63,428 bases of DNA from Escherichia coli (lineage in GTDB: Bacteria > Pseudomonadota > Gammaproteobacteria > Enterobacterales > Enterobacteriaceae): assembly GCF_024223415.1 (NCBI RefSeq), contig NZ_CP100504.1; one strand, 5' to 3'. The translations under genes and the position numbers were made by a program. A model generated the notes under the pieces. That model worked only from the letters and a program-made list of their open reading frames with translations. It was not told where the DNA came from and searched no databases. Below, piece by piece: positions 9,911 to 20,997 of the stretch. The first letter of the stretch is position 1. Each line of letters starts with the position of its first letter.

Positions 9911-10837
9911 ATGCCAAACTGGTGCTCGAATCGTATGTATTTTTCTGGTGAACCGGCACAGATCGCTGAGATTAAACGACTGGCCAACGGTGCAGTCACA
10001 CCGCTTTATCGCCGCGCCACAAATGAAGGTATTCAGCTGTTTCTGGCCGGAAGTGCCGGACTTCTGCAGACCACTGAAGATGTGCGGTTTGAACCATGCC
10101 CCGGACTGACGGCTGCCGGACGTGGTGTTGTATCTCCGGAGAATATAGCGTTCACCCGCTGGCTGACACACCTGCAGAACGGTGTACTGCTGGATGAGCA
10201 AAACTGCCTGATGCTGCATGAAATCTGGCTGCAGAGCGGTACTGGACAGCGTCGCTGGGAAGGATTACCGGACGATGTCAGGGATACCATCACCGCACTT
10301 TTCACCGCAAAAAGAGGTGACTGGTGTGGCTTCTGGAGTAACGAGGATGTATCGGTGTGGTGGAACCGTCTGTGTGACAATGTACTGCCGGAAAAAAACA
10401 TGCCGTTTGACCTGCTGACGGTTCTGCCGACCCGCCTTGATGTTGAAGTGAATGGCTTCAACGGTGGTGTTCTGAACGGTGTTCCTTCTGCATATCACTG
10501 GTATACAGAACGGTATGGTGTCAAGTGGCCTTGTGGTTATGACCTGAATATCAGCAGTCAGGGGGAAAACTTCATTCAGGTGGATTTCGACACGCCGTGG
10601 TGTCAGCCGGAAAGCGACGTTATTGCAGCATTAAGCCGCCGTTTCAGCTGCACGCTGGAGCACTGGTATGCCGAACAGGGCTGTGATTTCTGTGGCTGGC
10701 AGTTGTATGAGCGCGGAGAGCTCGTTGATGTGCTGTGGGGGGAGCTGGAATGGTCTTCCCCGACAGATGACGATGAGCTGCCGGAAGTCACCGGACCTGC
10801 GTGGATAGTCGACAATGTGGCGCATTATGGCGGATGA
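9911..10837 (+). CDS. conserved leading-region protein of unknown function (DUF1281-like by recollection)
   Basis: ATG at 9911 preceded by gagga; ~308-aa Cys/Trp-rich protein; identity is from memory of IncF leading-region ORFs only. Confidence 0.55.
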   Translation: MPNWCSNRMYFSGEPAQIAEIKRLANGAVTPLYRRATNEGIQLFLAGSAGLLQTTEDVRFEPCPGLTAAGRGVVSPENIAFTRWLTHLQNGVLLDEQNCLMLHEIWLQSGTGQRRWEGLPDDVRDTITALFTAKRGDWCGFWSNEDVSVWWNRLCDNVLPEKNMPFDLLTVLPTRLDVEVNGFNGGVLNGVPSAYHWYTERYGVKWPCGYDLNISSQGENFIQVDFDTPWCQPESDVIAALSRRFSCTLEHWYAEQGCDFCGWQLYERGELVDVLWGELEWSSPTDDDELPEVTGPAWIVDNVAHYGG

Positions 10838-11241
10838 AGTATGACGGAGACGGGCGGGCAACCGCCCGTTTCTTTTCCGGTAAAGGATGTCGCCGCAGGC
10901 TCCGCTTTACCCGGCCATGCGGGGCATGGCCTTGTGGATTTTCAGTTATGTGGCCTCAGCGTCGTGTGCGGGCTGTGCCGTGCCTCCATCGTAGCCGGGC
11001 TTCTGCGGGCGGGTTGCAAGGTAAGGTGAACCGCTGCGGTCACCCGGTCCCTCCTTCCCGTCTGCCGTGATTTTCCGGTCGTTCACCCGCTCAGATTTCG
11101 CGGTCTCACCCTCCAACTCCCGCCAGCCGTGTGCGTCAGGCTGCGGCTTCCCTTGCGCCCTTGCAACCCTGCAGGCCCGGCAAAGATGGAGGCACGGCAC
11201 CGCCCGGTGTCGCGGAATATGTGAACAACGGAGGAAATCCC

Positions 11242-11667
11242 ATGCAGTATGCGAAACCTGTCACTCTGAATGTTGAAGAGTGCGACCGTCTCTCCTTTCT
11301 GCCTTACCTGTTTGGCCAGGATTTTCTGTATGCCGAGGCATCTGTGTACGCGCTGGCGAAAAAAATGATGCCGGAATATGACGGCGGATTCTGGCACTTC
11401 ATCCGCCTGCCGGACGGTGGCGGTTACATGATGCCGGATGGCGACCGTTTCCACATGGTGAACGGTGCAAACTGGTTTGACCGTACCGTGAGTGCTGATG
11501 CCGCAGGCATCATTGTGACTTCCCTTGTGATTAACCGTCAGTTGTGGCTGTACCACGACAGCGGTGATGCAGGACTGACTCACCTGTACAGGATGCGCGA
11601 TGCGCAGTTGTGGAGCCACATCGAATTTCACCCCGAATGCAATGCGATTTACGCGGCACTGGACTGA
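11242..11667 (+). CDS. klcA: antirestriction protein KlcA/ArdB family
   Basis: 141 aa from an internal ATG with RBS ggagga; KlcA-like motifs (FLPYLFG, PDGGGYMMPD, SADAAGIIVT, AIYAALD). Confidence 0.8.
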   Translation: MQYAKPVTLNVEECDRLSFLPYLFGQDFLYAEASVYALAKKMMPEYDGGFWHFIRLPDGGGYMMPDGDRFHMVNGANWFDRTVSADAAGIIVTSLVINRQLWLYHDSGDAGLTHLYRMRDAQLWSHIEFHPECNAIYAALD

Positions 11668-11713
11668 TTAACGGACGGGGCGGCAATGCCGCCCCTGTAA
11701 AGGAGACGAGAAC

Positions 11714-12136
11714 ATGTACTGTACTGTTAAAGAAATTATCCGCGAAGTGCTGGATACAGACGTGCCGGACAGTGAATGCGTTTTTGCCGTGGTGCTGACC
11801 CGTGGGGATGTGCGCCACATAGCTCAGGACTGGAGTCTGGCAGACGATGAGCTGGAAACCGTCATGCAGCGGCTGGACGATGCCTTTGAGCATGGTGCGG
11901 ATGTCAGCGTTGTTCACGACGTTGTTCGTGAACTGATGGAAGAAAAGCGCGCCAGCCGTCATGTGACAGTCCCGGCGATGATGCTGGAAAAAGTGATGGC
12001 GCTGGCAGGCAGTGAAATGAAGCGCCTGTATGCCGTCGGAAGTGAGAACGGGGGCGACGGTGACGCATTCGTCAGGGAGGAACGCGAAGCAATGGACGTT
12101 GTGTTACAGGCGCTGGACGGGGAGACGATGTCATGA
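11714..12136 (+). CDS. hypothetical acidic leading-region protein (DUF1380-like by recollection)
   Basis: 140-aa ORF with RBS aggagacg, directly after klcA. Confidence 0.55.
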   Translation: MYCTVKEIIREVLDTDVPDSECVFAVVLTRGDVRHIAQDWSLADDELETVMQRLDDAFEHGADVSVVHDVVRELMEEKRASRHVTVPAMMLEKVMALAGSEMKRLYAVGSENGGDGDAFVREEREAMDVVLQALDGETMS

Positions 12137-12324
12137 ATATCAGCACAGAAACCCGCGAAATTCTGCGTAATTACAGGGCCGTGATTAATGCGCGGCGTCG
12201 TGAAATGGGGCAGAAACCGCTCACCACCGCGCAGATTGTTGATGAAATCTGCGATTTTGTGGCGAATCAGCAGGCGGTTTTCCTGGGCGGTCACTACATC
12301 TTACAGGGCAGCAGAAACAGGTGA
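12133..12324 (+). CDS. small hypothetical protein
   Basis: 63-aa ORF whose ATG overlaps the upstream stop (atgtcATGa), suggesting translational coupling. Confidence 0.45.
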   Translation: MNISTETREILRNYRAVINARRREMGQKPLTTAQIVDEICDFVANQQAVFLGGHYILQGSRNR

Positions 12325-12514
12325 TACAGGGGCAGGCGGTGGAGGCCGCCTGTCAGCCCGCGCGAAAACCCCTGGCAGGCTGACGCCTGCCGGAAGGGAA
12401 GCGGGCCACGCTGGCGCGTCGCCCGTTACCCTTCCCGTCTGTGATGTGTCTGACTCAGGAGTGTTTCTTTCTTATGTTATGGAACTGTTCCTGATGTTGT
12501 TGTTCCTTTATCTG

Positions 12515-13125
12515 CTGCTCTGATTCTGACTACTGCAGTGTTGTTCTGTCTGCCGGGCGCACCTTCGGCTCCCGGCTGCCTGGCGGCATCCGGTCGTCAG
12601 GCCCGACTCCGACAGGCAGCTGCTGGCGCACCCGCCAGTCTCCGCCGAACCCGCTGGCGCGGTTTCGGGCTGTCGCTACGGTCCGATGCGTGAAAACCCC
12701 GGGCTTGCAGCGACCGTTCCGGTCGCGCCGCCTCTGTCGCGCCGTGGCCTGCGCTCCAGGCATCCCGGCAAAAAGACGCCGGGATGTAAGGCGCAACGCC
12801 GTTTCGCAAACCGCGCTTCACGTCGTTGCTGCGGGTCCCTGCTCATTGCCTGCCGGGTGCCACACACCCGTATGAGTCCCTGTCGCCGGGGGCATAGACA
12901 GCCACAACCTGCCGCACTGACTGTCCAGGGTAAATGAACAGCCCACAAAATTTTTTACCCAAAACCCGGTAAAAAATTTTGCGTTCTGCCCAGGACAGGT
13001 GCGTCAGGCCGTGGCAGTGATGCCCCTTGCGGCGAAGGTTCTCAAACGGGTGAAGTTCATACCACAGGGAATACAGCAGCAGGTTCCCGCGAAACGTCAA
13101 AACTGCGGCTCCCGAAACTCAACGG
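12515..13125. repeat. leading-region ~620-bp direct repeat, copy 1 (Frpo/ssi-like)
   Basis: Near-identical by eye to 15867-16496 and 21269-21897; GC-rich with internal hairpins such as aaaattttttacc-(9 nt)-ggtaaaaaatttt. Confidence 0.85.
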
Positions 13126-13363
13126 GTGATGTTCTTTAAAAATCAGGATTTATTTCAGGCTCCGGCAATACGCATTTATGTGTTCTGTCAGTCATCCGGC
13201 TGGCAGGTAATGAGAACGCAGGAACAGAAGGAGGAAAACACCGGAGAACGTCAGACGCAGATATGAAAAAAGCAGGTCAGGGACCTGCTTAATCCACGCC
13301 GTAAGAATTGCGCAACCAATTTTGACGGCATTGTTAACCAATTTGTCATAAGGAGTTTCATTT

Positions 13364-13594
13364 ATGACGGTAAGTATTGTTTCACCTTCCGCAGCGGCTG
13401 TAAAGCCCCGCCGTCATCCCCGTTTCAGACGCGAAGACATCCCCGCGCCGGAAATTGACCCCGTGCTGAAAGCCTTCGGGCGACACATAGCCCGGAGTTT
13501 TCACCGGGGGCGTGGTGTACACATCCCCGCCATGAAAAACACGGCCTTCGGGCAGGTGCTCCGCACACTCGAACTGAAACGCGCTTTTAACTGA
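13364..13594 (+). CDS. small basic hypothetical protein
   Basis: 76-aa ORF with RBS aggag 8 nt upstream; first ORF downstream of repeat copy 1. Confidence 0.4.
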   Translation: MTVSIVSPSAAAVKPRRHPRFRREDIPAPEIDPVLKAFGRHIARSFHRGRGVHIPAMKNTAFGQVLRTLELKRAFN

Positions 13595-13645
13595 TGAGGT
13601 GAGCCGCCCCGCGAGGGGCGGCAACAGATGGAAGGAGAACATTTT

Positions 13646-15007
13646 ATGACATTAGCAGCAATCACCATGACCGCCTCGGAAGCCGCCAACCCTGTGCAGA
13701 TGTACCGCGCGACCTACTCACCGGATGACAACAAACTGCGCCTGTATGCCGCGTCACGTCTTGACCCGGAGACGTATAAAAAAGTGCATGATGCCGGTTT
13801 TCGCTGGGCACCCAAACAGGCGCTGTTTGTCGCGCCAGCCTGGACACCGGGCCGGGAAGACGTGCTCCTCTCACTTGCCGGAGAGATTGAGGATGAAGAC
13901 AGCACGCTCGCTGAACGTCAGGAAGCACGGGCGGAGCGGTTTACCGGATACAGCGGAAAGCGGGCCAGTGAATCCGCACAGGCACTTGATGAAGTGGAAA
14001 GACTGGCCGCGATGATCCCGCCCGGTCAGCCCATTCTTGTGGGGCATCACAGCGAACGCCGCGCCCGTCGTGATGCGCAGCGTATTGAAAACGGCATGAA
14101 ACGTGCCGTGATGCTCTTTGAACGTGCGGAATACTGGGAGGAGCGGGCGCGGTCGGCACTGCTTCACGCGAAGTATAAAGAACGCCCGGACGTTCGCTGG
14201 CGTCGTATCAAAAAAATCGAAGCGGATTTGCGCAAGGCTGAAAAGACCATCGCGCAGTCGCAGAAATATCTGACGATGTGGCGGGCTGAATCGCTGGATC
14301 TGAATATGGCAAAACTCATCAGCAGTCATGACCATATCAGCGCCTGTTTCCCGCTGGACAGGTATCCGCGCCCGGCAGAAAAAAGCCAGTATGAAGGAAG
14401 TCGATCGTTATGGTCGGCCCTGGATGATGACATCATCACCACGGAGCAGGCCCGCGAAATTGCGATCCGCTGTCATGAACGGCAGATTCAGCATCAACAA
14501 CGCTGGGTTAACCACTATCAGAACCGCCTGATCTATGAGCGTGCCATGCTGGACGAAAGCGGCGGCGTGGTTACCCGGACACAGGATTTTGAGCCGGGCG
14601 GACAGGTTTTCAGCCGGGGCGAGTGGCTGACCATCATCCGCGTGAACAAAAGCAACGGGGCGGTGAGTTCAGTCACAACGCCGAATTACAGTTTTCTCGG
14701 GTACAGCGGCACGATGAAAGTGACACCCGATCGCATCACGGACTACAAAGCACCATCGGCAGAAGAGGCTGCCGTCGCCAGTCAGGCCGCGAAGCGTCCG
14801 CCGGTAGTCAACTATCCGGGGGAAGGTTTCCGGGAAATGACAAAGGCGCAGTGGGCCGCCCTGCCCCGGGACTGTAAGGCCGTGCGCAGTGTGGCAGAGA
14901 CAGAAGACCACGGGGCATACCGCTACCGCCGCACAATGGACAATAATTTCCGCCTGGTGAATGTGTATATCACCGACATGAAAATCACGGAAATCCCACA
15001 GAAATAA
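13646..15007 (+). CDS. large conserved leading-region protein of unknown function (DUF3560-like by recollection)
   Basis: ~453 aa from the ATG at 13646 (RBS aggaga); immediately followed by an orphan DNA methyltransferase. Confidence 0.6.
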   Translation: MTLAAITMTASEAANPVQMYRATYSPDDNKLRLYAASRLDPETYKKVHDAGFRWAPKQALFVAPAWTPGREDVLLSLAGEIEDEDSTLAERQEARAERFTGYSGKRASESAQALDEVERLAAMIPPGQPILVGHHSERRARRDAQRIENGMKRAVMLFERAEYWEERARSALLHAKYKERPDVRWRRIKKIEADLRKAEKTIAQSQKYLTMWRAESLDLNMAKLISSHDHISACFPLDRYPRPAEKSQYEGSRSLWSALDDDIITTEQAREIAIRCHERQIQHQQRWVNHYQNRLIYERAMLDESGGVVTRTQDFEPGGQVFSRGEWLTIIRVNKSNGAVSSVTTPNYSFLGYSGTMKVTPDRITDYKAPSAEEAAVASQAAKRPPVVNYPGEGFREMTKAQWAALPRDCKAVRSVAETEDHGAYRYRRTMDNNFRLVNVYITDMKITEIPQK

Positions 15008-15053
15008 GGTATATCCCCCCGGGAAATCCCCGGGGGATGACGGAGATAATGAC

Positions 15054-15617
15054 ATGCACAGTCAGTTAAGAGAACGTATCCGGCTGATGCGCGCAAGGCT
15101 GGATAACGCCGCGCCGGTTGCTGAAATCCGGGCTGAATCTCAGCTTTTTGTGACTCCTGCCCCGGTCTGTGATCGCCTGGTGACGCTGGCGGAAATCAGC
15201 AACCGTGATCACATTCTGGAACCCTCTGCCGGCACCGGGGCCATACTGCTGGCGATTCGGGATACCGCGCCGGAGGCCATGTGTGATGCGGTGGAGATTA
15301 ACAGCGGGCTGGTCCGGTATCTGCGGGAAAATTTTAACGGTGTCAGGGTACAGTGTGGCGACTTCATGGAATGGCAGCCGGTGCAGTATTACAGCCGGAT
15401 CATTATGAATCCGCCGTTCAGTCACGGGCAGGATATCCGGCATATCCTGCGGGCTTTTTCCCTGTTGCGTCCGGGGGGCGTTCTGGTTGCCGTCTGTCTC
15501 AACGGGCCGCGCCAGCAGGAGAAGCTGTTACCGTTTTCTGACGTCCGCGAGGAGCTGCCGCGCGGCACGTTTGCTTATACCGATGTCCCGACGATGATTA
15601 TTCGTTTGCGTGCCTGA
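15054..15617 (+). CDS. orphan SAM-dependent DNA methyltransferase (amino-MTase, NPPF motif)
   Basis: 187 aa with a SAM-binding-like segment (ILEPSAGTGAILLAI) and catalytic motif IIMNPPF; no adjacent restriction endonuclease. Confidence 0.75.
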   Translation: MHSQLRERIRLMRARLDNAAPVAEIRAESQLFVTPAPVCDRLVTLAEISNRDHILEPSAGTGAILLAIRDTAPEAMCDAVEINSGLVRYLRENFNGVRVQCGDFMEWQPVQYYSRIIMNPPFSHGQDIRHILRAFSLLRPGGVLVAVCLNGPRQQEKLLPFSDVREELPRGTFAYTDVPTMIIRLRA

Positions 15618-15796
15618 TGACACAGGGCTGGCGGGAGGATAAATGCCCGTCTGTCCGCGCCGGGAAAAGACCGCGCGCCGGTGGCGCTGAAAGGGGCCGC
15701 GCTCACGCGCCGCCCCTTTCATTACGCGGACGTTCTGATGGGGGCTTCTGTCTTTTCAGACCTGTCATTTGTCTGTTACTGATGATGTTGTTGTTC

Positions 15797-15855
15797 CTGC
15801 TACTGCTACTGCTACTGCTACTGCTACTGCTACTGCTACTGCTACTGCTACTGCT
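15797..15855. repeat. hexanucleotide tandem repeat (CTGCTA)n, about 10 units
   Basis: ctgcta repeated in tandem immediately 5' of repeat copy 2; copies 1 and 3 have only a short unrepeated ctgct(g)ctc stretch at the equivalent position. Confidence 0.9.
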
Positions 15856-15866
15856 CTTCTTTTTCC

Positions 15867-16496
15867 TGCTGCTCTGATTCTGACTACTGCAGTGTTGTTC
15901 TGTCTGCCGGGCGCACCTTCGGCTCCCGGCTGCCTGGCGGCATCCGGTCGTCAGGCCCGACTCCGACAGGCAGCTGCTGGCGCACCTGCCAGTCTCCGCC
16001 GAACCCGCTGGCGCGGTTTCGGGCTGCCGCTACGGTCCGATGCGTGAAAACCCGGCTTGCAGCGACCGTTCCGGTCGCGCCGCCCCTGTCGCGCCGTGAC
16101 CTGCGCTCCAGGCATCCCGGCAAAAAGACGCCGGGATGTAAGGCGCAACGCCGTTTCGCAAACCGCGCTTCACGTCGTTGCGGCGGGTCCCTGCCCGTTG
16201 TTGTGTCCGGTGCCATTCACCTGTTTAAGCCCCTGTCGCCGGGGGCTGATACAGCCACAACCTGCCGCACTGACTGTCCAGGGTAAATGAACAGCCCACA
16301 AAATTTTTTACCCAAAACCCGGTAAAAAATTTTGCGTTCTGCCCAGGACAGGTGCGTCAGGCCGTGGCAGTGATGCCCCATGCGGCGAAGGTTCTCAAAC
16401 AGGTGATGGTGAATACCGGAGGGAACAAAGAGCAGGTCCCCGCAAAACGTCAAAACCGCGGCTCCCGAAACTCAACAGATGATGGGGGCTGAAAAC
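15867..16496. repeat. leading-region ~620-bp direct repeat, copy 2 (Frpo/ssi-like)
   Basis: Near-identical to copies 1 and 3; ends about 20 bp upstream of ssb. Confidence 0.85.
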
Positions 16497-16517
16497 ATCA
16501 ACAGAAGGAGACACATC

Positions 16518-17045
16518 ATGGCAGTTCGTGGCATTAACAAGGTCATTCTTGTCGGTCGTCTGGGAAAAGATCCGGAAGTCCGTTACATCCCAAACGGGGG
16601 CGCAGTGGCAAACCTGCAGGTGGCCACGTCAGAAAGCTGGCGCGACAAACAGACGGGGGAGATACGGGAGCAGACAGAATGGCATCGCGTGGTGCTGTTC
16701 GGCAAGCTCGCGGAAGTGGCTGGTGAGTATCTGCGCAAGGGCGCGCAGGTCTACATCGAAGGTCAGCTTCGCACCCGTAGCTGGGAGGATAACGGTATCA
16801 CCCGTTACGTCACCGAAATTCTTGTTAAGACCACGGGCACCATGCAGATGCTGGGACGTGCCGCAGGTACTCAGACTCAGCCGGAAGAGGCGCAACAGTT
16901 CAGCGGTCAGCCTCAGCCGGAATCACAGCCGGAACCGAAAAAAGGAGGCGCGAAAACGAAAGGCCGTGGACGTAAGGCCGCGCAGCCGGAGCCTCAGCAG
17001 CCGTCTGAACCCGCGTATGACTTCGATGACGACATTCCGTTCTAA
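16518..17045 (+). CDS. ssb: plasmid single-stranded DNA-binding protein
   Basis: Starts [23 protein letters not shown] (OB-fold SSB); Gln/Pro-rich tail ending DFDDDIPF; RBS aggaga. Confidence 0.9.
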   Translation: MAVRGINKVILVGRLGKDPEVRYIPNGGAVANLQVATSESWRDKQTGEIREQTEWHRVVLFGKLAEVAGEYLRKGAQVYIEGQLRTRSWEDNGITRYVTEILVKTTGTMQMLGRAAGTQTQPEEAQQFSGQPQPESQPEPKKGGAKTKGRGRKAAQPEPQQPSEPAYDFDDDIPF

Positions 17046-17058
17046 CGAAAGACAGTGA

Positions 17059-17334
<276 letters not shown>

Positions 17335-17397
17335 GAGAGGTGCCGGACGGGAACGCGTCCGGCAGACATACAACCATCCCGGTCAAAGGAGAAATAT

Positions 17398-19354
17398 ATG
17401 TCAGTTACAGAGTCTAAGACAAAAACGGAGCGTAAATCCAGCCGTAAACCTGCAAAAACGCAGGAAACTGCACTGTCTGCCCTGCTGGCGCAGACGGAGG
17501 AAGTGAGCGTGCCGCTGGATTCACTGATTAAATCACCGCTGAATGTGCGCACGGTGCCGTATTCTGCGGAGTCCGTCAGTGAACTGGCTGATTCCATTAA
17601 GGGAGTCGGCCTGCTGCAGAATCTGGTTGTTCATGCCCTGCCAGGTGACCGTTACGGTGTCGCCGCAGGTGGTCGCCGACTGGCAGCACTCAACATGCTG
17701 GCAGAGCGTGACATCATTCAGGCTGACTGGCCTGTCCGCGTGAAAATTATTCCGCAGGAGCTGGCGACGGCTGCATCGATGACCGAGAACGGTCATCGTC
17801 GGGATATGCACCCTGCCGAACAGATTGCCGGATTCCGTGCAATGGCGCAGGAAGGCAAAACGCCTGCACAAATCGGTGATTTGCTGGGCTATTCACCCCG
17901 CCACGTTCAGCGAATGCTGAAACTGGCAGACCTTGCGCCTGTCATCCTCGATGCGCTGGCAGAAGACCGCATCACCACAGAACACTGTCAGGCGCTGGCG
18001 CTGGAGAACGACACCGCGCGTCAGGTGCAGGTGTTTGACGCTGCCTGTCAGTCGGGATGGGGCGGTAAACCGGATGTGCGGGTTATCCGCAATCTGATTA
18101 CGGAAAGTGAAGTGGCGGTGGCGGGGAACAGTAAATTCCGCTTCGTGGGGGCTGATGCTTTCTCGCCAGACGAACTGCGCACCGATTTGTTCAGCGACGA
18201 CGAGGGTGGCTATGTCGACCGCGTGGCGCTCGATGCTGCCCTGCTGGAAAAACTCCAGGCTGTCGCTGAACACCTTCGGGAAGCCGAAGGCTGGGAATGG
18301 TGCGCCGGACGCATGGAGCCTGTCGGTGAGTGTCGTGAGGATGCCGGAACCTACTGCTGTCTGCCGGAGCCGGAAGCGGTGCTGACGGAGGCGGAAGAAG
18401 AACGCCTGAACGAACTGATGACGCGTTACGACGCGCTGGAAAACCAGTGTGAGGAATCCGACCTGCTGGAAGCAGAAATGAAGCTGATGCGCTGCATGGC
18501 GAAGGTCAGGGCGTGGACGCCGGAGATGCGTGCCGGAAGCGGTGTCGTGGTGTCCTGGCGTTACGGTAATGTGTGTCCAGCGTGGTGTGCAGTTGCGCAG
18601 TGAAGATGACGCGGCTGACGACGCTGACCGCACGGAACAGGTGCAGGAGAAAGCATCAGTGGAGGAAATCAGTCTGCCGTTGCTGACGAAAATGTCCTCA
18701 GAGCGCACGCTGGCAGTCCAGGCGGCACTCATGCAGCAGCCGGACAAATCTCTGGCACTGGTGGCATGGACGCTCTGCCTGAATGTGTTTGGCAGCGGGG
18801 CGTACAGTAAACCAGCACAAATCAGCCTGGAATGTGAACATTATTCGCTGACCAGCGATGCGCCATCGGGGAAGGAAGGTGCCGCATTCATGGCGCTGAT
18901 TGCAGAAAAAGCCCGTCTTGCTGCCCTGTTACCGGAGGGATGGTCACGGGACATGACGACATTCCTTTCACTCAGTCAGGAGGTGCTGTTATCCCTGCTC
19001 AGTTTCTGCACCGCATGCAGCCTTAACGGTGTCCAGACCCGTGAGTGTGGTCACACGTCACGCAGTCCGCTTGACTCGCTGGAAACCGCTATCGGATTCC
19101 ACATGCGCGACTGGTGGCAGCCGACAAAAGCAAACTTCTTCGGACACCTGAAAAAGCCGCAGATTATCGCAGCCCTGAATGAGGCAGGACTGTCCGGTGC
19201 CGCACGGGACGCGGAGAAGATGAAGAAAGGTGATGCGGCTGAACATGCAGAGCACCATATGAAAGACAACCGCTGGGTTCCAGGCTGGATGTGTGCACCA
19301 CATCCACAGACAGATGCCACTGAACGCACCGATAACCTGGCTGATGCCGCCTGA
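17398..19354 (+). pseudogene. ParB-like nuclease domain protein, reading frame interrupted
   Basis: Two overlapping ORFs (17398-18603 and 18530-19354) in different frames; the frame switch maps to a gtgtgt dinucleotide run near 18575; joined length ~650 aa. Confidence 0.6.
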
Positions 19355-19408
19355 TGAACAACCACACCGCCCCGCCGGAGACGGGGCGGCAGCAAGGGAG
19401 ATACCGTG

Positions 19409-19843
19409 ATGAAAACTGAACTGACCCTGAATGCCCTGCAGTCCATGAACGCACAGGAATATGAAGATATCCGGGCTGCCGGAAGTGATGAACGCCGTGA
19501 GCTGACACACGCCGTGATGCGGGAACTGGATGCGCCGGACAACTGGACGATGAATGGCGAGTACGGCAGCGAGTTCGGCGGCTTTTTCCCCGTCCAGGTC
19601 CGTTTCACGCCTGCCCACGAACGTTTTCACCTGGCGTTATGTTCACCGGGCGATGTCTCTCAGGTCTGGGTGCTGGTTCTGGTGAATGCCGGTGGTGAGC
19701 CGTTTGCGGTGGTTCAGGTGCAGCGGCGGTTTGCACCGGAAGCTGTCAGCCATTCACTGGCACTGGCGGCGTCACTGGATGCGCAGGGGTACAGCGTTAA
19801 CGACATCATTCATATCCTGATGGCGGAAGGAGGTCAGGCATGA
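19409..19843 (+). CDS. psiB: plasmid SOS inhibition protein PsiB
   Basis: [40 protein letters not shown]... matches PsiB; RBS agggag. Confidence 0.9.
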   Translation: MKTELTLNALQSMNAQEYEDIRAAGSDERRELTHAVMRELDAPDNWTMNGEYGSEFGGFFPVQVRFTPAHERFHLALCSPGDVSQVWVLVLVNAGGEPFAVVQVQRRFAPEAVSHSLALAASLDAQGYSVNDIIHILMAEGGQA

Positions 19844-20559
19844 GCGCACGTTCACAGGCACTGGTTCCTCTCAGCACAGAGCAACAGGCCGCATGGCGGG
19901 CGGTGGCGGAGACCGAAAAACGCCGCCATCAGGGTAACACGCTGGCTGAATATCCGTATGCGGGTGCGTTTTTCCGCTGTCTGAACGGAAGCCGGAGGAT
20001 ATCGCTGTCTGACCTGCGATTTTTCATGCCGTCCCTGACCGCAGAAGAACTGCACGGCAACCGTCTTCAGTGGCTGTATGCCATCGATGTGCTGATTGAA
20101 ACACAGGGCGAGGTCTGCCTCCTTCCCCTTCCCGGTGATGCAGCAGAGCGCTTGTTCCCGTCGGTGCGGTTTCGTGTCAGGGAACGCAGTCGCCATAAAT
20201 CCGCGCTGGTCATGCAGAAGTACAGCCGCCAGCAGGCGAGGGAGGCAGAGCAGAAAGCCCGTGCGTACCAGGCGCTGGTCGCTCAGGCTGAAATCGAACT
20301 GGCATTCCATTCGCCGGAAACAGTCGGAAGCTGGCATGCACGCTGGAGTGACCGGGTGGCAGAGCATGACCTGGAAACCCTGTTCTGGCAGTGGGGCGAG
20401 CGTTTTCCGTCACTGGCCGGAATGGAACGCTGGCAGTGGCAGGATATGCCGTTCTGGCAGGTTATTGCGGAAGCCAGTCTTGCAGCAAGAGAGGCCGGTC
20501 ACGCTGTCCGTGAGATGGAGCGGTGGATGGTGCCGAACAAACTCCGGGAGGCAGCGTGA
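19840..20559 (+). CDS. psiA: plasmid SOS inhibition protein PsiA
   Basis: 239-aa ORF overlapping the psiB stop; matches PsiA of F-like plasmids. Confidence 0.85.
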   Translation: MSARSQALVPLSTEQQAAWRAVAETEKRRHQGNTLAEYPYAGAFFRCLNGSRRISLSDLRFFMPSLTAEELHGNRLQWLYAIDVLIETQGEVCLLPLPGDAAERLFPSVRFRVRERSRHKSALVMQKYSRQQAREAEQKARAYQALVAQAEIELAFHSPETVGSWHARWSDRVAEHDLETLFWQWGERFPSLAGMERWQWQDMPFWQVIAEASLAAREAGHAVREMERWMVPNKLREAA

Positions 20560-20739
20560 TGCGGCAACAATCACACGGATTTCCCGTGAACGGTCTGAAT
20601 GAGCGGATTATTTTCAGGGAAAGTGAGTGTGGTCAGCGTGCAGGTATATGGGCTATGATGTGCCCGGCGCTTGAGGCTTTCTGCCTCATGACGTGAAGGT
20701 GGTTTGTTGCCGTGTTGTGTGGCAGAAAGAAGATAGCCC

Positions 20740-20810
20740 CGTAGTAAGTTAATTTTCATTAACCACCACGAGGCATCCCTATGTCTAGTCCACATCAGGA
20801 TAGCCTCTTA
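20740..20810 (-). ncRNA. sok: Sok antisense RNA (approximate)
   Basis: Placed by position antisense to the mok/hok leader, from the known organisation of hok/sok loci; exact ends not determinable by eye. Confidence 0.35.
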
Positions 20811-20993
20811 CCGCGCTTTGCGCAAGGAGAAGAAGGCCATGAAACTACCACGAAGTTCCCTTGTCTGGTGTGTGTTGATCGTGTGTCTCACACTGTTGAT
20901 ATTCACTTATCTGACACGAAAATCGCTGTGCGAGATTCGTTACAGAGACGGACACAGGGAGGTGGCGGCTTTCATGGCTTACGAATCCGGTAA
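20781..20993 (+). CDS. mok: Mok (modulation of killing) overlapping reading frame
   Basis: 70-aa ORF overlapping hok in another frame, as in R1 hok/sok. Confidence 0.55.
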   Translation: MSSPHQDSLLPRFAQGEEGHETTTKFPCLVCVDRVSHTVDIHLSDTKIAVRDSLQRRTQGGGGFHGLRIR

Positions 20994-20997
20994 GTAG
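20839..20997 (+). CDS. hok: Hok family membrane toxin
   Basis: 52-aa product [52 protein letters not shown]. Confidence 0.85.
   Translation: MKLPRSSLVWCVLIVCLTLLIFTYLTRKSLCEIRYRDGHREVAAFMAYESGK

Noticed and set aside
9506-10219. 237-aa minus-strand ORF spanning parC and the start of the downstream gene
   Set aside because: It overlaps the centromere repeats and a plus-strand gene, and its translation is low-complexity Arg/Gly/Pro-rich.
15617-16047. Poly-Leu and poly-Ala ORFs (15617-15877, 15769-16047)
   Set aside because: They are products of reading through the (CTGCTA)n microsatellite in different frames, not genes.
17893-18747. 284-aa minus-strand ORF antisense to the ParB-like gene
   Set aside because: Fully antisense to a conserved leading-region gene, with no motif support.
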